DNA of 64,000 nt from Acidobacteriota bacterium (GCA_019244045.1 JAFATF010000052.1:15636-79635); one strand, 5' to 3'; counted from the first letter of the stretch, positions 51,002-61,760 are shown. Translations and numbers: made by a program. The notes: generated by a model from the letters alone, not told the origin.

Positions 51002-53548
51002 CTACTGGACAGTCAGGTTCAGGTTCGTCGAACTCTCCAAGCTGCCGGAGTTTGCGTGGAGCACAACGGCATAGTTGTTGGCGGGGGTGGTTGAAGTGGC
51101 CGTCGGCGCCGAGTTGTTACCGCTGCCACTATTTTGAGAATTCTTGCTCGATGCACTGCAAGCGAGAAGCGCCATCAGCAGCACGAGTATCACAGCGAGG
51201 AGAGTCAAATGCAGGTGGCGGAACCTGCGGGCGGCCAAGCGGCGATCAGCAATCAACAGGAAAGCAGCCAAGAAAGGCCACCATGCCACAAAGCCTTGTC
51301 GCCCGAGGTGCGATCTTCTCGCGGTCGCGGCTGCTGTGGTGGTAATCGTCACGTGCACGGTAACGCCTGCCGCTGTGACCGTCGAAGCCTGCGGGGAAAA
51401 GCTGCAAGAGGCGCCCACTGGCAGGTTGGCGCAAGAGAACGTGAAGGTCTTATTCGCTGCTCCAGCCCCTGGCAGGAATGCCAAGCTGAACGATGCGGTT
51501 TGCCCTGCAGCTACGGTCACGCTTTGAGGAGAGGCGACCAGCGCGCCGGCCGGTATTATTTGCGGAGCGGGTCCACGCATGCCTATGCCAAATGCCGTCT
51601 GAGCCGGTGAGCCGGAGTTGAACTTCGCAAGCTGAGTTCCCGAGCCGATGTCGAAATGAACCACGTCAGAGCTGCAATAATCGAGTGCCCAGAAGGATTT
51701 GCCATCCGGATCAAGCGCCAGCGATACAAAGCAGCTCTCGCCCGGGGCGGTGTATTTGGTCAGCACGTGCCCGGCGGAGTCAAAATGAACAACATCCCCT
51801 TTATCGGCTACCAGGACGCTACTGTCGGCCAGAATCTTGACCGCCAACCCAGTGGTCAAACCGGTAGCCAACGGTGGCTGCTGTTGTCCCGTGCAGGCAT
51901 TGAAACGGAAGACCGTTGTTCCCTGCGAAGTGTAGTAGATTGTGCACTGGTCTGAGGCCAAATCGATCCAATCGCTGCCTTCGACTTCGGTGGCGACATT
52001 GTAGGCCGCGGCCAGATTTCCGTAAGCATCGAATTTCAGCAGGGCGTGGCTGCAGCCCGTCTCCCCGACGTAAGCGTTGCCGGAGTTGTCAAAAACGATC
52101 GATTCCGGTTTGCAGTTGTAACCGGAGCCGAAATTGCCTACCAAGTTGCCTGTGCCATCGAACTTGCTCACCGCGTTGGCGTCAAAGTCGGTGACATAGA
52201 GCACATCAAGCGAGTCAAACGCCATTCCGGTTATTGAACCCGCCTGGTTGGTGCTGATACTCTTCACCGCATTGCCGCTCTCAGCGAACTGTTTGACTTG
52301 TCCGTTCGCCCCTCCCACAAACATGGTGGGCGTATCGCTGGCCGATACAGCGTGGGAAGAGGGATTTGAAACATTGCCTGCACTATCGCTCGCCGTAACC
52401 GTTGTGGTGAATAATCCTGCACGGGTGAAAGTGTGAGTCGCGCTGGCTCCGGGCGAAACACTGGTGTAAAAGCCGTCACCAAAATCGACCAGGATCGAGG
52501 TGATGTCATTCTCTGGATCAGAACAGTTGGGCACGATGACGGCACTGAAGGGAACCTGCCCGCCTGAGGGCGCAACGCTCGCGGCGCAGGTGGGCGGCTG
52601 GTTCTGGGGCGTTTTGGCCGTGACTGTCTGCGACGCGGTGCCTTTTAATCCGCCAGCATCGGTGGCCGTGACGGTGGGCATATAGGTTCCCGGCGCCGTG
52701 TAGGTATGGCTCTGGAGCACGCCGCTGGTAATCGTAATCGGTGCACTACCATCGCCCCAGTTCAATACGATTGAGACGATGTTGTTATCCGGATCGGAAC
52801 AATTCGCCAGCGCGGCAACCACTAAGGGCACCGTTCCATTGGGGGGACTCAGAGTTACCTGAAGTGTGCAAGTGGGAGGCGAATTGACTGTGACTGCCTG
52901 AGCCGCCGACGAGCCGGAATTGCCCGCCACATCAGTAGCAGTCAACACCACGAGAAAGGGCTTGCCTCGGCTGCCGCTGCTATAAGTGTGTGTCTGCGTC
53001 GCGCTGTTCCATGCGCTGGTCGTGCCATCGCCCCAGTTGATTACCTGACGGGTGATGTCGTTCTCAGGGTCGCTACAGCTACCCGAGGCCGTCACCTGCA
53101 GGGGTACGTTTCCCGACGGGGGAGTAACCGTTAAATTGCAGGTGGGAGGCAGGTTCGGGCTGATGACTTCGGCTTGAGAAACCGTGGTTGTGGCACCGGT
53201 AGCATCGCTTGCAGTTAAATTTACCTGGAATGTCCCCGCGGTTGTGTAGTCGTGGGAGACGCTGAACGCTGAAAATGGGGTTGGGATGGTCACCGACGAC
53301 CCGTCGCCCCAACTCAGGGTCTCAGAGGTGATCGTGCTTGTCGCATCCGTGCACCCCCCGGTCGCGATCACGGGCAGAAATGCGATTTGGGTCGAAGGCG
53401 CGAGGCCAAAGCCGCAGATAGGCCCAACCTGCGCCGCGGCGCCCATCGTCCATCCAAGCGAGACAAGGAGAAGAACCAGCGCGTACTTTGAGCTTTGACG
53501 CCAAAAGTCGCGTCCAGGAAGCGCTTTAGCGGAGTCGAGTGGGCCCAT
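51002..53548 (-). CDS. large secreted/membrane-anchored protein: 4 PKD-like repeats + NHL/SMP-30-like beta-propeller + Ig-like domain interrupted by two TM helices
   Basis: Signal peptide (YALVLLLVSLGWTMGAAAQ). Four repeats with C..L.V.P..G.VP....CSDPENDI....WGDG. Propeller-like repeats (..VTDF.ANAVSKFD.., ..AYVGE..HALLKFD.., ..VLVADKGDVVHFD..). FSCANLPVGASCSFSP Ig-like module. Two hydrophobic helices near the C-terminus. Confidence 0.85.
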   Translation of the reverse strand: MGPLDSAKALPGRDFWRQSSKYALVLLLVSLGWTMGAAAQVGPICGFGLAPSTQIAFLPVIATGGCTDATSTITSETLSWGDGSSVTIPTPFSAFSVSHDYTTAGTFQVNLTASDATGATTTVSQAEVISPNLPPTCNLTVTPPSGNVPLQVTASGSCSDPENDITRQVINWGDGTTSAWNSATQTHTYSSGSRGKPFLVVLTATDVAGNSGSSAAQAVTVNSPPTCTLQVTLSPPNGTVPLVVAALANCSDPDNNIVSIVLNWGDGSAPITITSGVLQSHTYTAPGTYMPTVTATDAGGLKGTASQTVTAKTPQNQPPTCAASVAPSGGQVPFSAVIVPNCSDPENDITSILVDFGDGFYTSVSPGASATHTFTRAGLFTTTVTASDSAGNVSNPSSHAVSASDTPTMFVGGANGQVKQFAESGNAVKSISTNQAGSITGMAFDSLDVLYVTDFDANAVSKFDGTGNLVGNFGSGYNCKPESIVFDNSGNAYVGETGCSHALLKFDAYGNLAAAYNVATEVEGSDWIDLASDQCTIYYTSQGTTVFRFNACTGQQQPPLATGLTTGLAVKILADSSVLVADKGDVVHFDSAGHVLTKYTAPGESCFVSLALDPDGKSFWALDYCSSDVVHFDIGSGTQLAKFNSGSPAQTAFGIGMRGPAPQIIPAGALVASPQSVTVAAGQTASFSLAFLPGAGAANKTFTFSCANLPVGASCSFSPQASTVTAAGVTVHVTITTTAAATARRSHLGRQGFVAWWPFLAAFLLIADRRLAARRFRHLHLTLLAVILVLLMALLACSASSKNSQNSGSGNNSAPTATSTTPANNYAVVLHANSGSLESSTNLNLTVQ

Positions 53549-53647
53549 GGGAGTCGTTCTGCTGGTCCAATTCAGATGGACGGCAAGGGATTCGGGTTTT
53601 CTGGGACGGAATTGAAAAGGTGTTCAAAATCAGCCCCCCGGAACCGC

Positions 53648-54736
53648 CTAGACCTTAACCCAAGTGGCCGAAGAGGCCGACTGCTCGATTGCTTCCAGCA
53701 ATCTTTGCACTTTTAGACCATCTTCAAAGTTTGGGTGAAAGGGCTCCCCCCGGTCTAGGGCGCGCAAAAAATCTGCCAAAGTGGCAATGAAGGTGTGCTC
53801 GTAGCCAATTTCATGTCCCGGCTTCCAAAAGTTTTCCCAAAACGGATGATTGGGACCGGTGACCATGATATCGCGCCTGCCGGCGAACTGGGCGGGCTCA
53901 GTTGCGTCCCAGAATTTCAGGCGGTTCATTCGTTCCAGATCGAAGGCCAGCATCCCGCCTGAACCGTGAATCGCAAAGGCATTGCCATTGCGACATCCAA
54001 TCGCGTAGCGCGTAGCCTCCAATGTGCCGGTACTCCCGTTAGCAAAGCGAGCCAGGAGGGCGACCGCGTCGTCCACGTCTCGGCCCGCTTGGAAGGTGTG
54101 CGACATCGCGGAAATCTCGGTCAGCGGACCGTTCAAGTAGAGAGCGAGGTCAATCGAATGCGACATCAAATCGCCGAGTGCTCCCGAGCCTGCCTGAATT
54201 CGCTGGTAGCGCCAGCCAGAAGCCTTTTGAGGGTCGTTGCCGGATTGGTTCAGGTAGAGCCCACGGTAGTGATAAATCTGGCCCAGGCGTCGCTGATCGA
54301 GCAGGGTTTTCGCAAAGGCGATGGCCGGAACTCGCCGGTAATTGAACCAAATCAGATTTGGTAGGTCCTTGGTCGCCTCCGCCATCTCTTCCGCCTGCCG
54401 GGCGGAGAGGGCAAGGGGCTTCTCGCACCAAATCATTTTTCCTGCGGCTGCTGCCGCCAGCGCAATGGGCGCATGTAAAGCATTAGGAGTGGCTATATCC
54501 ACGACATCGATATCCCTGCGCTCGACCACTGACCGCCAGTCGCTTGTCACCTCCTCCCAGCCCCAGCGCTTTGCCATCTCCGTTGTTTTGTCACGATCCC
54601 GCCCGCAGATGACGCGAAGTTGCATTCGGTAAGGAGAGTCGAAGAAATGGCCCACCTGGACAAACGCATTAGCGTGGGCGCGGGCAATGAAGCCATGCCC
54701 TATCATTCCGATCTTTAGAAGTTTTCCTGTGTACAT
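53648..54736 (-). CDS. Gfo/Idh/MocA family NAD(P)-dependent oxidoreductase
   Basis: Start moved to ATG 54736. Rossmann motif KIGMIGHGFIARAH, ..CEKPLA.. consensus. Confidence 0.9.
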   Translation of the reverse strand: MYTGKLLKIGMIGHGFIARAHANAFVQVGHFFDSPYRMQLRVICGRDRDKTTEMAKRWGWEEVTSDWRSVVERRDIDVVDIATPNALHAPIALAAAAAGKMIWCEKPLALSARQAEEMAEATKDLPNLIWFNYRRVPAIAFAKTLLDQRRLGQIYHYRGLYLNQSGNDPQKASGWRYQRIQAGSGALGDLMSHSIDLALYLNGPLTEISAMSHTFQAGRDVDDAVALLARFANGSTGTLEATRYAIGCRNGNAFAIHGSGGMLAFDLERMNRLKFWDATEPAQFAGRRDIMVTGPNHPFWENFWKPGHEIGYEHTFIATLADFLRALDRGEPFHPNFEDGLKVQRLLEAIEQSASSATWVKV

Positions 54737-54871
54737 GGCGTCAATGCCAGAATACTCGATCGGCGCTTCCGATATAATTCCCTCCGCTTCTCGAGAACTC
54801 AAGCCTAGCCAGAGCACGGAACGAAAGTGTCACGCCGGGGCGGGTTCAGGAAATCAAGCAGGGAAGAGGAG

Positions 54872-55642
54872 ATGTACGACTTCCCAAAATTTACCCTGAG
54901 CGGCGACGTCGCTTTAATCACCGGGGCGGCTCGCGGGCTAGGGCGCGCCATAGCTCTCGCTTTGGCCAATGCCGGCGCCGATATCGCACTGGGACTGCGC
55001 GAACGGAATAGCGCTGCCGACTTGGTGAAAGAAATCGAGGCGCTTGGCCGGCGGGCGCTGCCGCTCGAGATGAATGTCGCTCATCGCAACCAGATCTTTC
55101 GCGCCGTCGATGAGGCCATCGAGTACTTTGGCAAGCTCGATATCCTGGTTAACAATGCCGGTGTTGCCCCGGAGAATCCGGCGGAATCTGTGCGCGAGGA
55201 GGATTTCGACCTGACACTTGCGGTCAACTTAAAAGGGACGTTTTTCGCAAGTCAGGCCGCCGGACGAGCCATGATCGCCCAAAAAAGCGGGCGCATCATT
55301 AATATGAGCTCGCAAGCGGGATTCGTGGCATTGCCGACCGAATCGGTTTACTGCATGACCAAAGCCGGTGTCGCACATCTGACGAAGTGCCTGGCCATCG
55401 AATGGGGAAAATACAACATCACCGTCAACGCCGTTGCGCCTACCTTTATTCGGACCCCGGGCACAGAGAGCGCGCTCGCCAACCCGGAATTCCGCGCCGA
55501 TACGATCGAAAGAATCGCGGCTCTACACCGTATTGGAGAACCTATGGACGTTGCCGGTGCTGTCATCTTCCTTGCCTCGCGCGCCGCCGCGCTGATCACC
55601 GGTCACACCATCCTCATCGACGGAGGTTGGACGGCTAGGTAG
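54872..55642 (+). CDS. SDR family oxidoreductase (classical short-chain dehydrogenase)
   Basis: Start moved to ATG 54872 (GGAAGAGGAG SD). TGAARGLG cofactor motif, NNAG, catalytic Y-x3-K in YCMTKAGV. Confidence 0.92.
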   Translation: MYDFPKFTLSGDVALITGAARGLGRAIALALANAGADIALGLRERNSAADLVKEIEALGRRALPLEMNVAHRNQIFRAVDEAIEYFGKLDILVNNAGVAPENPAESVREEDFDLTLAVNLKGTFFASQAAGRAMIAQKSGRIINMSSQAGFVALPTESVYCMTKAGVAHLTKCLAIEWGKYNITVNAVAPTFIRTPGTESALANPEFRADTIERIAALHRIGEPMDVAGAVIFLASRAAALITGHTILIDGGWTAR

Positions 55643-55707
55643 TGGTTTTTTCGGAGGGAGGAAAGAGCAGATGGGCAGAGAAGGCCTGCAAGAGCTTGTG
55701 AGCGTGG

Positions 55708-55893
55708 CTAATCGGCACCGGCCTGTGCGTTGCGGGCCATGAGAACCGGCTGCGGCTTAGACTCGGACGGTCGGGTCTGTCGGCCGAACGTCACTAAAAC
55801 CGCATTGACGAGCGTATAGGCGGCCAAAATGCCGAAGCTGACGGCGAGGAACACCGTAAGTGAGAGAATGGCGGAGACGTAAAAAGCGTTCAC
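55708..55893 (-). CDS. small hydrophobic protein (61 aa, one or two TM), hypothetical
   Basis: GTG start. VNAFYVSAILSLTVFLAVSFGILAAYTLVNAVLVTF followed by a polar tail. No homology recognised. Confidence 0.35.
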   Translation of the reverse strand: MNAFYVSAILSLTVFLAVSFGILAAYTLVNAVLVTFGRQTRPSESKPQPVLMARNAQAGAD

Positions 55894-56002
55894 GGATCAG
55901 TCCCTAAAAATGCGCCTCACTCAGATGCCAGGCTCGGATCGCCCGTTTATTGCCCTACGGGGTTCGGTCCCCGACCGCCCCGGCTTCCTCACTGTACCCG
56001 CG

Positions 56003-56032
56003 TTGACCGCTTCCGGTAATTACAACTAAGAT
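56003..56032 (+). promoter_or_regulatory. candidate promoter for uvrA
   Basis: TTGACC (56003-56008), 18-nt spacer, TAAGAT (56027-56032). No recognisable LexA box nearby. Confidence 0.3.
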
Positions 56033-56114
56033 ACGGAGTAGAGGTGCGCTTCCCCACTTTCCAACGTTTCTGGGGGACCCGTCCACATTACGGAAGGTCG
56101 TTAGCCAAGAGGAC

Positions 56115-58925
56115 ATGTCCATTACCAAAATCTCAGTGCGCGGGGCGCGCCAGCATAACCTTAAAAACATTGATGTTGAAATCCCCCGCAACGCGCTGAC
56201 GGTTATCACCGGACTGAGCGGATCGGGTAAATCTTCCCTGGCCTTCGACACAATTTACGCGGAAGGTCAGCGGCGCTACGTCGAAACCTTATCCGCCTAT
56301 GCTCGTCAGTTCCTCGACCAAATGGAGCGGCCGGATGTAGACGCCATCGACGGGCTCAGTCCAGCGATTTCGATCGAGCAAAGGACGACCAGCCGCAGCC
56401 CGCGCTCAACCGTAGGCACCATCACGGAAATCTACGACTACCTTCGTCTTTTGTTTTCCTCGATCGGGGCGCCGCATTGTCCGAAGTGCGGACGGGCGAT
56501 CAGCCGACAATCGGAGGAACAGATCGTACTACGTGTTATGGCGCTGACCCCCGAAGATCGCGTCATGATTCTTGCCCCCATCGTGCGCGGGCGCAAAGGC
56601 GAGTTCAAGAAAGAAATCGACAGTTTGGCGCAGCACGGTTTCACCCGGGCGCGCATCGATGGCGAACTGGTGAATCTGGAAGAGGAAATTTCCCTGGATA
56701 AGCGAAAGAACCACACCATTGAAGTTGTCGTTGATCGCCTGCTGGTTAAGGAGGGAATCGAATCGCGCTTGGCAAGGTCGATTAGCGTCGCCATGAAGTT
56801 GGCGGGCGGTCTGGTTCAGGTAGCAGTGGTCGGGGGCGAAGAGCAGCTTTATTCCGAGCGCCTGGCGTGCCCCGATTGCGGGATCAATGTGCCGCAGCTC
56901 GAGCCGCGCTCGTTTTCTTTTAACAGCGCCTATGGCGCCTGCCCCGAGTGCCATGGCTTAGGCAGTAAGTACGAGTTCGATCCCGCAAAGATCATCGTGG
57001 ATTGGTCGAAGCCGCTGCTCGATGGCGGTCTCGGTCCGGGCTCAGCCTCGTCGAACTTGGTGCACATGCTTCGCATCATCGCCGCGGCCTACGGCTTCGA
57101 TCTCAACACGCCAGTCGAAAAGTTTCCCGAGAAGATTCAGAGCCTCTTGTTTTATGGAGAGGCCGAGCGCGGGGGCAAGAGCGGCTTCCGCGGAATCGTA
57201 GAGTACTTGAAACGTAATCTTGATGATTCCACCTCCGATGCCTATCGCGACTATTTGCTGGCCTACATGTCGGCGACCAAGTGCCCGGTCTGTCAGGGAA
57301 AGCGGTTGCGGCCCGAAAGCCTGGCGGTAAAAGTCAGCGGCATGTCAATTGCCGATTTCACTCGCTTGCCGGTTTCCCACGCCCTCGCAGGCGCCCGCGG
57401 CATCCGATTGGCGGGTCGGGAACAAATCATCGCCGGTCGGATCGTTCATGAAATCATCGAACGGCTCGAATTCCTCAGCGCTGTCGGTTTGGGCTACATC
57501 TCCCTCGACCGCTCGGCGGCTACGCTCTCCGGCGGCGAAGGGCAGCGCATCCGTCTGGCCACCCAGATCGGATCGAAGTTGCGGGGAGTTCTGTACGTGC
57601 TCGACGAGCCTTCTATCGGACTCCACCATCGGGATAACAACCGTTTACTCGAAGCTTTGGAATCGTTGCGAAACTTGGGCAATACCGTCCTCGTGGTCGA
57701 GCACGATGAAGAAACCATTCGCCGCGCTGATTATGTGGTCGATCTTGGGCCCGGTGCCGGTCGTCATGGCGGGGCTCTGGTGGCGGCGGGTACGCCGGAT
57801 CAGTTAATCAAGGTGCCCCAGTCACTGACCGGGGCCTACATTTCCGGCAGACAGCAGATCGAGATACGGGCCGAACGCCGGCCCACCAACGGTCATGCCA
57901 TCGCGGTTTTGGGGGCGCGCGAGAACAATCTCAAGAGCATCGATGTGGCCTTTCCGTTGGGAGTCATGACCGTGGTGACCGGCGTCTCCGGTTCGGGCAA
58001 GTCGACCCTGGTGAATGATATTTTGTATCGCGCCCTAGCCCGCCAGTTGTATCGCTCGCGGGAGCAAGCTGGTGAGCACAAGACAATTTCGGGAGTGGAG
58101 AAGATCGATAAGGTGATTCGTATTGATCAGTCGCCGATTGGACGAACCCCGCGATCGAATCCTGCAACCTACACGGGCGTATTCACCCATATTCGCGACC
58201 TTTATGCCATGTTGCCCCAATCCCGCGAACGCGGTTACAAAGCCGGTCGCTTTTCTTTCAACGTGCCGGGAGGAAGATGCGAGGCTTGTCAAGGTGAGGG
58301 CCAACGCCGGATTGAAATGAACTTCCTACCGGATGTTTATGTGCTGTGTGAGGTGTGTGGCGGAAAAAGATACAACCAGGAAACCTTGGCGGTCAAATAC
58401 AAAGACTACTCGATTGCCGACTTGCTCGAGACCCCCGTATCCGACGCTTCGTCCGTGCTCGAAAACATTCCGCCAGTGAAACAAAAACTGCAAACCCTCG
58501 TCGACGTGGGTTTGGGCTATATCCAACTGGGCCAATCGGCAGTCACCCTCTCCGGCGGTGAGGCGCAGCGCATTAAACTGGCGCGGGAATTAAGCAAGCG
58601 GCAGACGGGAAAGACTCTGTACCTGCTCGATGAGCCCACAACCGGGTTGCACTTCGATGATGTAAGGAAGCTGCTCGATGTTCTGCATCGCCTGACTGAT
58701 CTGGGCAACACCGTCGTCATCATCGAGCACAACATGGATGTGATCCGCAGCGCCGACTGGATCATCGATCTCGGACCGGAGGGCGGCGAAGAGGGAGGCA
58801 GGGTCGTCGCTCAAGGTACCCCGGAGCAGGTGTCACGGGTCAAGAGGTCCTACACCGGACAGGCGCTCGCGACCTTTGTCGGCCACAGCAAGGGGGCGCG
58901 GGCTGCCAAAAACCCAGTGAGCTGA
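56115..58925 (+). CDS. uvrA: excinuclease ABC subunit A
   Basis: [44 protein letters not shown], zinc modules ([32 protein letters not shown]), second [18 protein letters not shown] signatures. Confidence 0.98.
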   Translation: MSITKISVRGARQHNLKNIDVEIPRNALTVITGLSGSGKSSLAFDTIYAEGQRRYVETLSAYARQFLDQMERPDVDAIDGLSPAISIEQRTTSRSPRSTVGTITEIYDYLRLLFSSIGAPHCPKCGRAISRQSEEQIVLRVMALTPEDRVMILAPIVRGRKGEFKKEIDSLAQHGFTRARIDGELVNLEEEISLDKRKNHTIEVVVDRLLVKEGIESRLARSISVAMKLAGGLVQVAVVGGEEQLYSERLACPDCGINVPQLEPRSFSFNSAYGACPECHGLGSKYEFDPAKIIVDWSKPLLDGGLGPGSASSNLVHMLRIIAAAYGFDLNTPVEKFPEKIQSLLFYGEAERGGKSGFRGIVEYLKRNLDDSTSDAYRDYLLAYMSATKCPVCQGKRLRPESLAVKVSGMSIADFTRLPVSHALAGARGIRLAGREQIIAGRIVHEIIERLEFLSAVGLGYISLDRSAATLSGGEGQRIRLATQIGSKLRGVLYVLDEPSIGLHHRDNNRLLEALESLRNLGNTVLVVEHDEETIRRADYVVDLGPGAGRHGGALVAAGTPDQLIKVPQSLTGAYISGRQQIEIRAERRPTNGHAIAVLGARENNLKSIDVAFPLGVMTVVTGVSGSGKSTLVNDILYRALARQLYRSREQAGEHKTISGVEKIDKVIRIDQSPIGRTPRSNPATYTGVFTHIRDLYAMLPQSRERGYKAGRFSFNVPGGRCEACQGEGQRRIEMNFLPDVYVLCEVCGGKRYNQETLAVKYKDYSIADLLETPVSDASSVLENIPPVKQKLQTLVDVGLGYIQLGQSAVTLSGGEAQRIKLARELSKRQTGKTLYLLDEPTTGLHFDDVRKLLDVLHRLTDLGNTVVIIEHNMDVIRSADWIIDLGPEGGEEGGRVVAQGTPEQVSRVKRSYTGQALATFVGHSKGARAAKNPVS

Positions 58926-59136
58926 TTATTCGATAGAAGCAAAAGCGGCCTCTGTGAGGGGCAGCCACTCGCTTCCCTTTGCTCTTCAATGCTGCCCCTG
59001 AGACCTTTTGTGGCACGATGATGCCTGTCCCGGCCGCGGCAGGCCCAGAACCGCTCCCTCCACCCGTGAGAAAGCCACTTTTTTAGAGTGGCTCCGGATG
59101 TAGGTTGTTAGGATAGTTTCTGCCGCAATATTAAGC

Positions 59137-59949
59137 TTGGCCTCACCTCCCAATCCGTCTGATAGTCTGCCGCCGCGGCCCGATTCTGTCAGCTCGTCTT
59201 CTCCCCTGGCCAAGCAGCGAAACAACGAAGACCCCCCCTGGACAGGTTGGGACGTTTTGACCATCGCCGGGGTGACGGTCGGCGCCAGCTTTATTTTCGG
59301 GGGAGCGGTTATGATCGCTGCCAAGTTTCTGGCCACCGGGGACACATCGCTTATGACTCTGGCCCGCCAGCCCGAACTACTGCTCATCGCACAGCTGCTG
59401 GCCTATGCCATCGTGTTCGCTTTCATGTACTCTCTTGTGGCCGCGCGAACGGGACAATTCTGGAACCCGCTGCGCTGGCAATGGCCCACCTCTTGGCCGG
59501 CCTTTCTCTTGGGCGGAGCTGTTCTCTATATCGGGCTTGCCGGACTCGGCGAGCTGTTGCCCATTCCCAAACATCTGCCGATCGACCGCTTCTTCGCCAA
59601 CTCCCGTGAAGCCACGCTCATGTCAATCTTCGCCGTAACCTTTGCCCCACTTATGGAAGAGTTATTCTTTCGCGGGTTCCTATACCCGGTTTTAGCGCGA
59701 AGGTTAGGGATCTGGGCCAGCATTCTACTGACTTCCGCCGCCTTTGGCATACTGCATGGAGCGCAGCTCAAGTATTCCTGGGCGGTGCTGATCATTTTTT
59801 TGGTAGGTGTGGTGCTCACCAGCGTGCGCGCCATTACTCGTTCCCTGGCAGCGAGCTTCCTCATGCATGTTGGATACAACGGAACCTTGTCGGTGCTGAT
59901 GTACAGGATTACGGACGGATTTCGACATCTGGAAAAGCTGAATCAATAA
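59137..59949 (+). CDS. CPBP family intramembrane glutamic endopeptidase (CAAX protease-like)
   Basis: Motif 1 APLMEELFFRGFLY, motif 2 AAFGILHG, motif 3 FLMHVGYN. TTG start, low-complexity N-terminus. Confidence 0.85.
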   Translation: MASPPNPSDSLPPRPDSVSSSSPLAKQRNNEDPPWTGWDVLTIAGVTVGASFIFGGAVMIAAKFLATGDTSLMTLARQPELLLIAQLLAYAIVFAFMYSLVAARTGQFWNPLRWQWPTSWPAFLLGGAVLYIGLAGLGELLPIPKHLPIDRFFANSREATLMSIFAVTFAPLMEELFFRGFLYPVLARRLGIWASILLTSAAFGILHGAQLKYSWAVLIIFLVGVVLTSVRAITRSLAASFLMHVGYNGTLSVLMYRITDGFRHLEKLNQ

Positions 59950-60026
59950 TCGCCGAATCAGCCAGAGGTTTATTCCTGGTGATTGCCCGGCGAGCCATCC
60001 GTTTTCCCATGTTATCGTAGAGTTTC

Positions 60027-60593
60027 ATGGCGTCGGCGCGGGAAGAACTCGTGCGTTTACTGGCGCAGAACTCGTTTCGCCTCGGTCAATTCAAGCTCTC
60101 TTCCGGCGGCGTCAGCGATTACTACGTTGACTGTCGCACCACCACGCTTAATGCGCGCGGAGCGCAATTGACCGGTCGCGTGTTCCTCGACGAGATGCAA
60201 TCACGGGGCTGGAGGCCCGACGCTGTCGGGGGATTGACCATAGGCGCCGACCCTATCGTAGTGGCGGTGGCGGTCACCAGCGGCAGCATTGGTGGATTTC
60301 TGGTGCGCAAGCGGGAGAAGCAGCACGGAACGGGTCAGCGCATAGAGGGATTTCGGGTGCAGGGGGCACGCGTGGTGGTCGTCGACGACGTATGCACGAC
60401 AGGTGCGTCGACGATTGAAGCGATCGAAGCCGCCAGAGAGTTCGGTTTTGAGGTGATTGGCGCTATGTGCCTGGTGGAGCGGGAAGAAGCGAAAGGGCGC
60501 GCGAATGTCGAGAGAGTGGCGGGCCGGGTACCGTTCGTTCCAATTTTTTCCGCCGCGCAGGTGAGGGCGCGATACCTGGAGATGAGCCATTAG
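60027..60593 (+). CDS. pyrE: orotate phosphoribosyltransferase
   Basis: FKLSSGGVSDYYVDCR, PRPP motif VVVVDDVCTTGAST. Confidence 0.95.
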   Translation: MASAREELVRLLAQNSFRLGQFKLSSGGVSDYYVDCRTTTLNARGAQLTGRVFLDEMQSRGWRPDAVGGLTIGADPIVVAVAVTSGSIGGFLVRKREKQHGTGQRIEGFRVQGARVVVVDDVCTTGASTIEAIEAAREFGFEVIGAMCLVEREEAKGRANVERVAGRVPFVPIFSAAQVRARYLEMSH

Positions 60594-60674
60594 CCTGAAC
60601 AGTGGCCTTCGCCAGGTGGACCGTTGCGCACCACCGTTTTCCTCCCGGGCGACCTCGACGTCTGCTCCATCGCG

Positions 60675-61760
60675 ATGGCTGGAAGCTTTTGTGAGGCCCG
60701 ACTTGTGATTCAAACCCTCGAATGGACTGAGTCCGGCGTGCGTTTGCTTGATCAGACGAAGCTGCCGGTGGAAGAGAGTTACGTCACCTGCAAGAGCTAC
60801 CAGGAAGTGGCGGAGGGAATCCGCAACATGGTTGTACGTGGCGCTCCGGCCATCGGCGTTGCTGCGGCTATGGGCATCGCTCTGGGTCTGAAGAACTCGA
60901 GCGCAGCCCGTCTGGCAGATCTTGCCCGGGACTTCGATCAGATCTGTGAGGCAATGGGGAAGACGCGGCCGACGGCGGTAAATTTATTTTGGGCAATTCG
61001 GCGCATGCGGGAGAAGTTCGATGAGCTGCGTTCAAACTCGCTGCCCGATATCAAACACGCGCTCGTCGAGGAGGCCCAGCGCATGTACACCGAAGATATC
61101 GCCGCCAACCAGGCGCTGGGACGTCAGGGAGCCACTCTGATGCCCGCGCGAGGCGGTGTGCTTACCCACTGCAACGCCGGAGCACTGGCCACCTGTGGTT
61201 ACGGCACCGCCCTCGGAGTGATCCGAGCGGCCGTTGCCCAAGGCAAGGCGCTGCACGTCTATGCCGACGAGACCCGGCCGTTTCTGCAAGGCTCCCGTCT
61301 CACCGCCTGGGAATTGATGAAGGATGGCATTCCCACAACGGTTATTTCTGACAATATGGCCGGGGCCCTCATGCACCAGGGGAAGATCGGAGCTATCGTG
61401 GTCGGAGCTGACCGCATTGCCGCCAACGGGGACGTCGCTAACAAGATCGGCACCTACACGGTCGCCGTCCTCGCCCATGAGCACCGCATTCCCTTCTATG
61501 TTGCCGCTCCCGTCTCTACTATTGACCTAGAGACTCCCGAGGGCAGCAGCATCCCCATCGAGCAGCGCAACGCGAGAGAGGTAACTCACCTCGGGGGGCA
61601 ACAATTGGTCCCCGACGGAGTAGCGGTGGAAAATCTGGCCTTCGACGTTACTCCCGCCGCCTATGTGACCGCAATTATTACCGAGCTGGGCGTGGCGCAC
61701 GCACCCTATGGCCCATCGCTTCGGAGCCTGGCCGAGGCGCGAGCCGCGCCTCAACCATAA
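60675..61760 (+). CDS. mtnA: S-methyl-5-thioribose-1-phosphate isomerase
   Basis: LLDQTKLP.., [43 protein letters not shown]. Start is ATG 60675 or GTG 60705 (VIQTLEW). Confidence 0.93.
   Translation: MAGSFCEARLVIQTLEWTESGVRLLDQTKLPVEESYVTCKSYQEVAEGIRNMVVRGAPAIGVAAAMGIALGLKNSSAARLADLARDFDQICEAMGKTRPTAVNLFWAIRRMREKFDELRSNSLPDIKHALVEEAQRMYTEDIAANQALGRQGATLMPARGGVLTHCNAGALATCGYGTALGVIRAAVAQGKALHVYADETRPFLQGSRLTAWELMKDGIPTTVISDNMAGALMHQGKIGAIVVGADRIAANGDVANKIGTYTVAVLAHEHRIPFYVAAPVSTIDLETPEGSSIPIEQRNAREVTHLGGQQLVPDGVAVENLAFDVTPAAYVTAIITELGVAHAPYGPSLRSLAEARAAPQP

Noticed and set aside
55958-55973. tRNA T-arm-like hairpin CGGGG-TTCGGTC-CCCCG upstream of uvrA
   Set aside because: No matching acceptor-stem complement or D/anticodon arms lie at the required distances, and the loop lacks the conserved A58 position. 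This is not a tRNA.
58986-59387. 133-aa minus-strand ORF spanning the uvrA-CPBP intergenic region and the CPBP 5' end
   Set aside because: It overlaps the CPBP protease gene in antisense, has no motifs, and has low-complexity Ser/Gly/Ala content.
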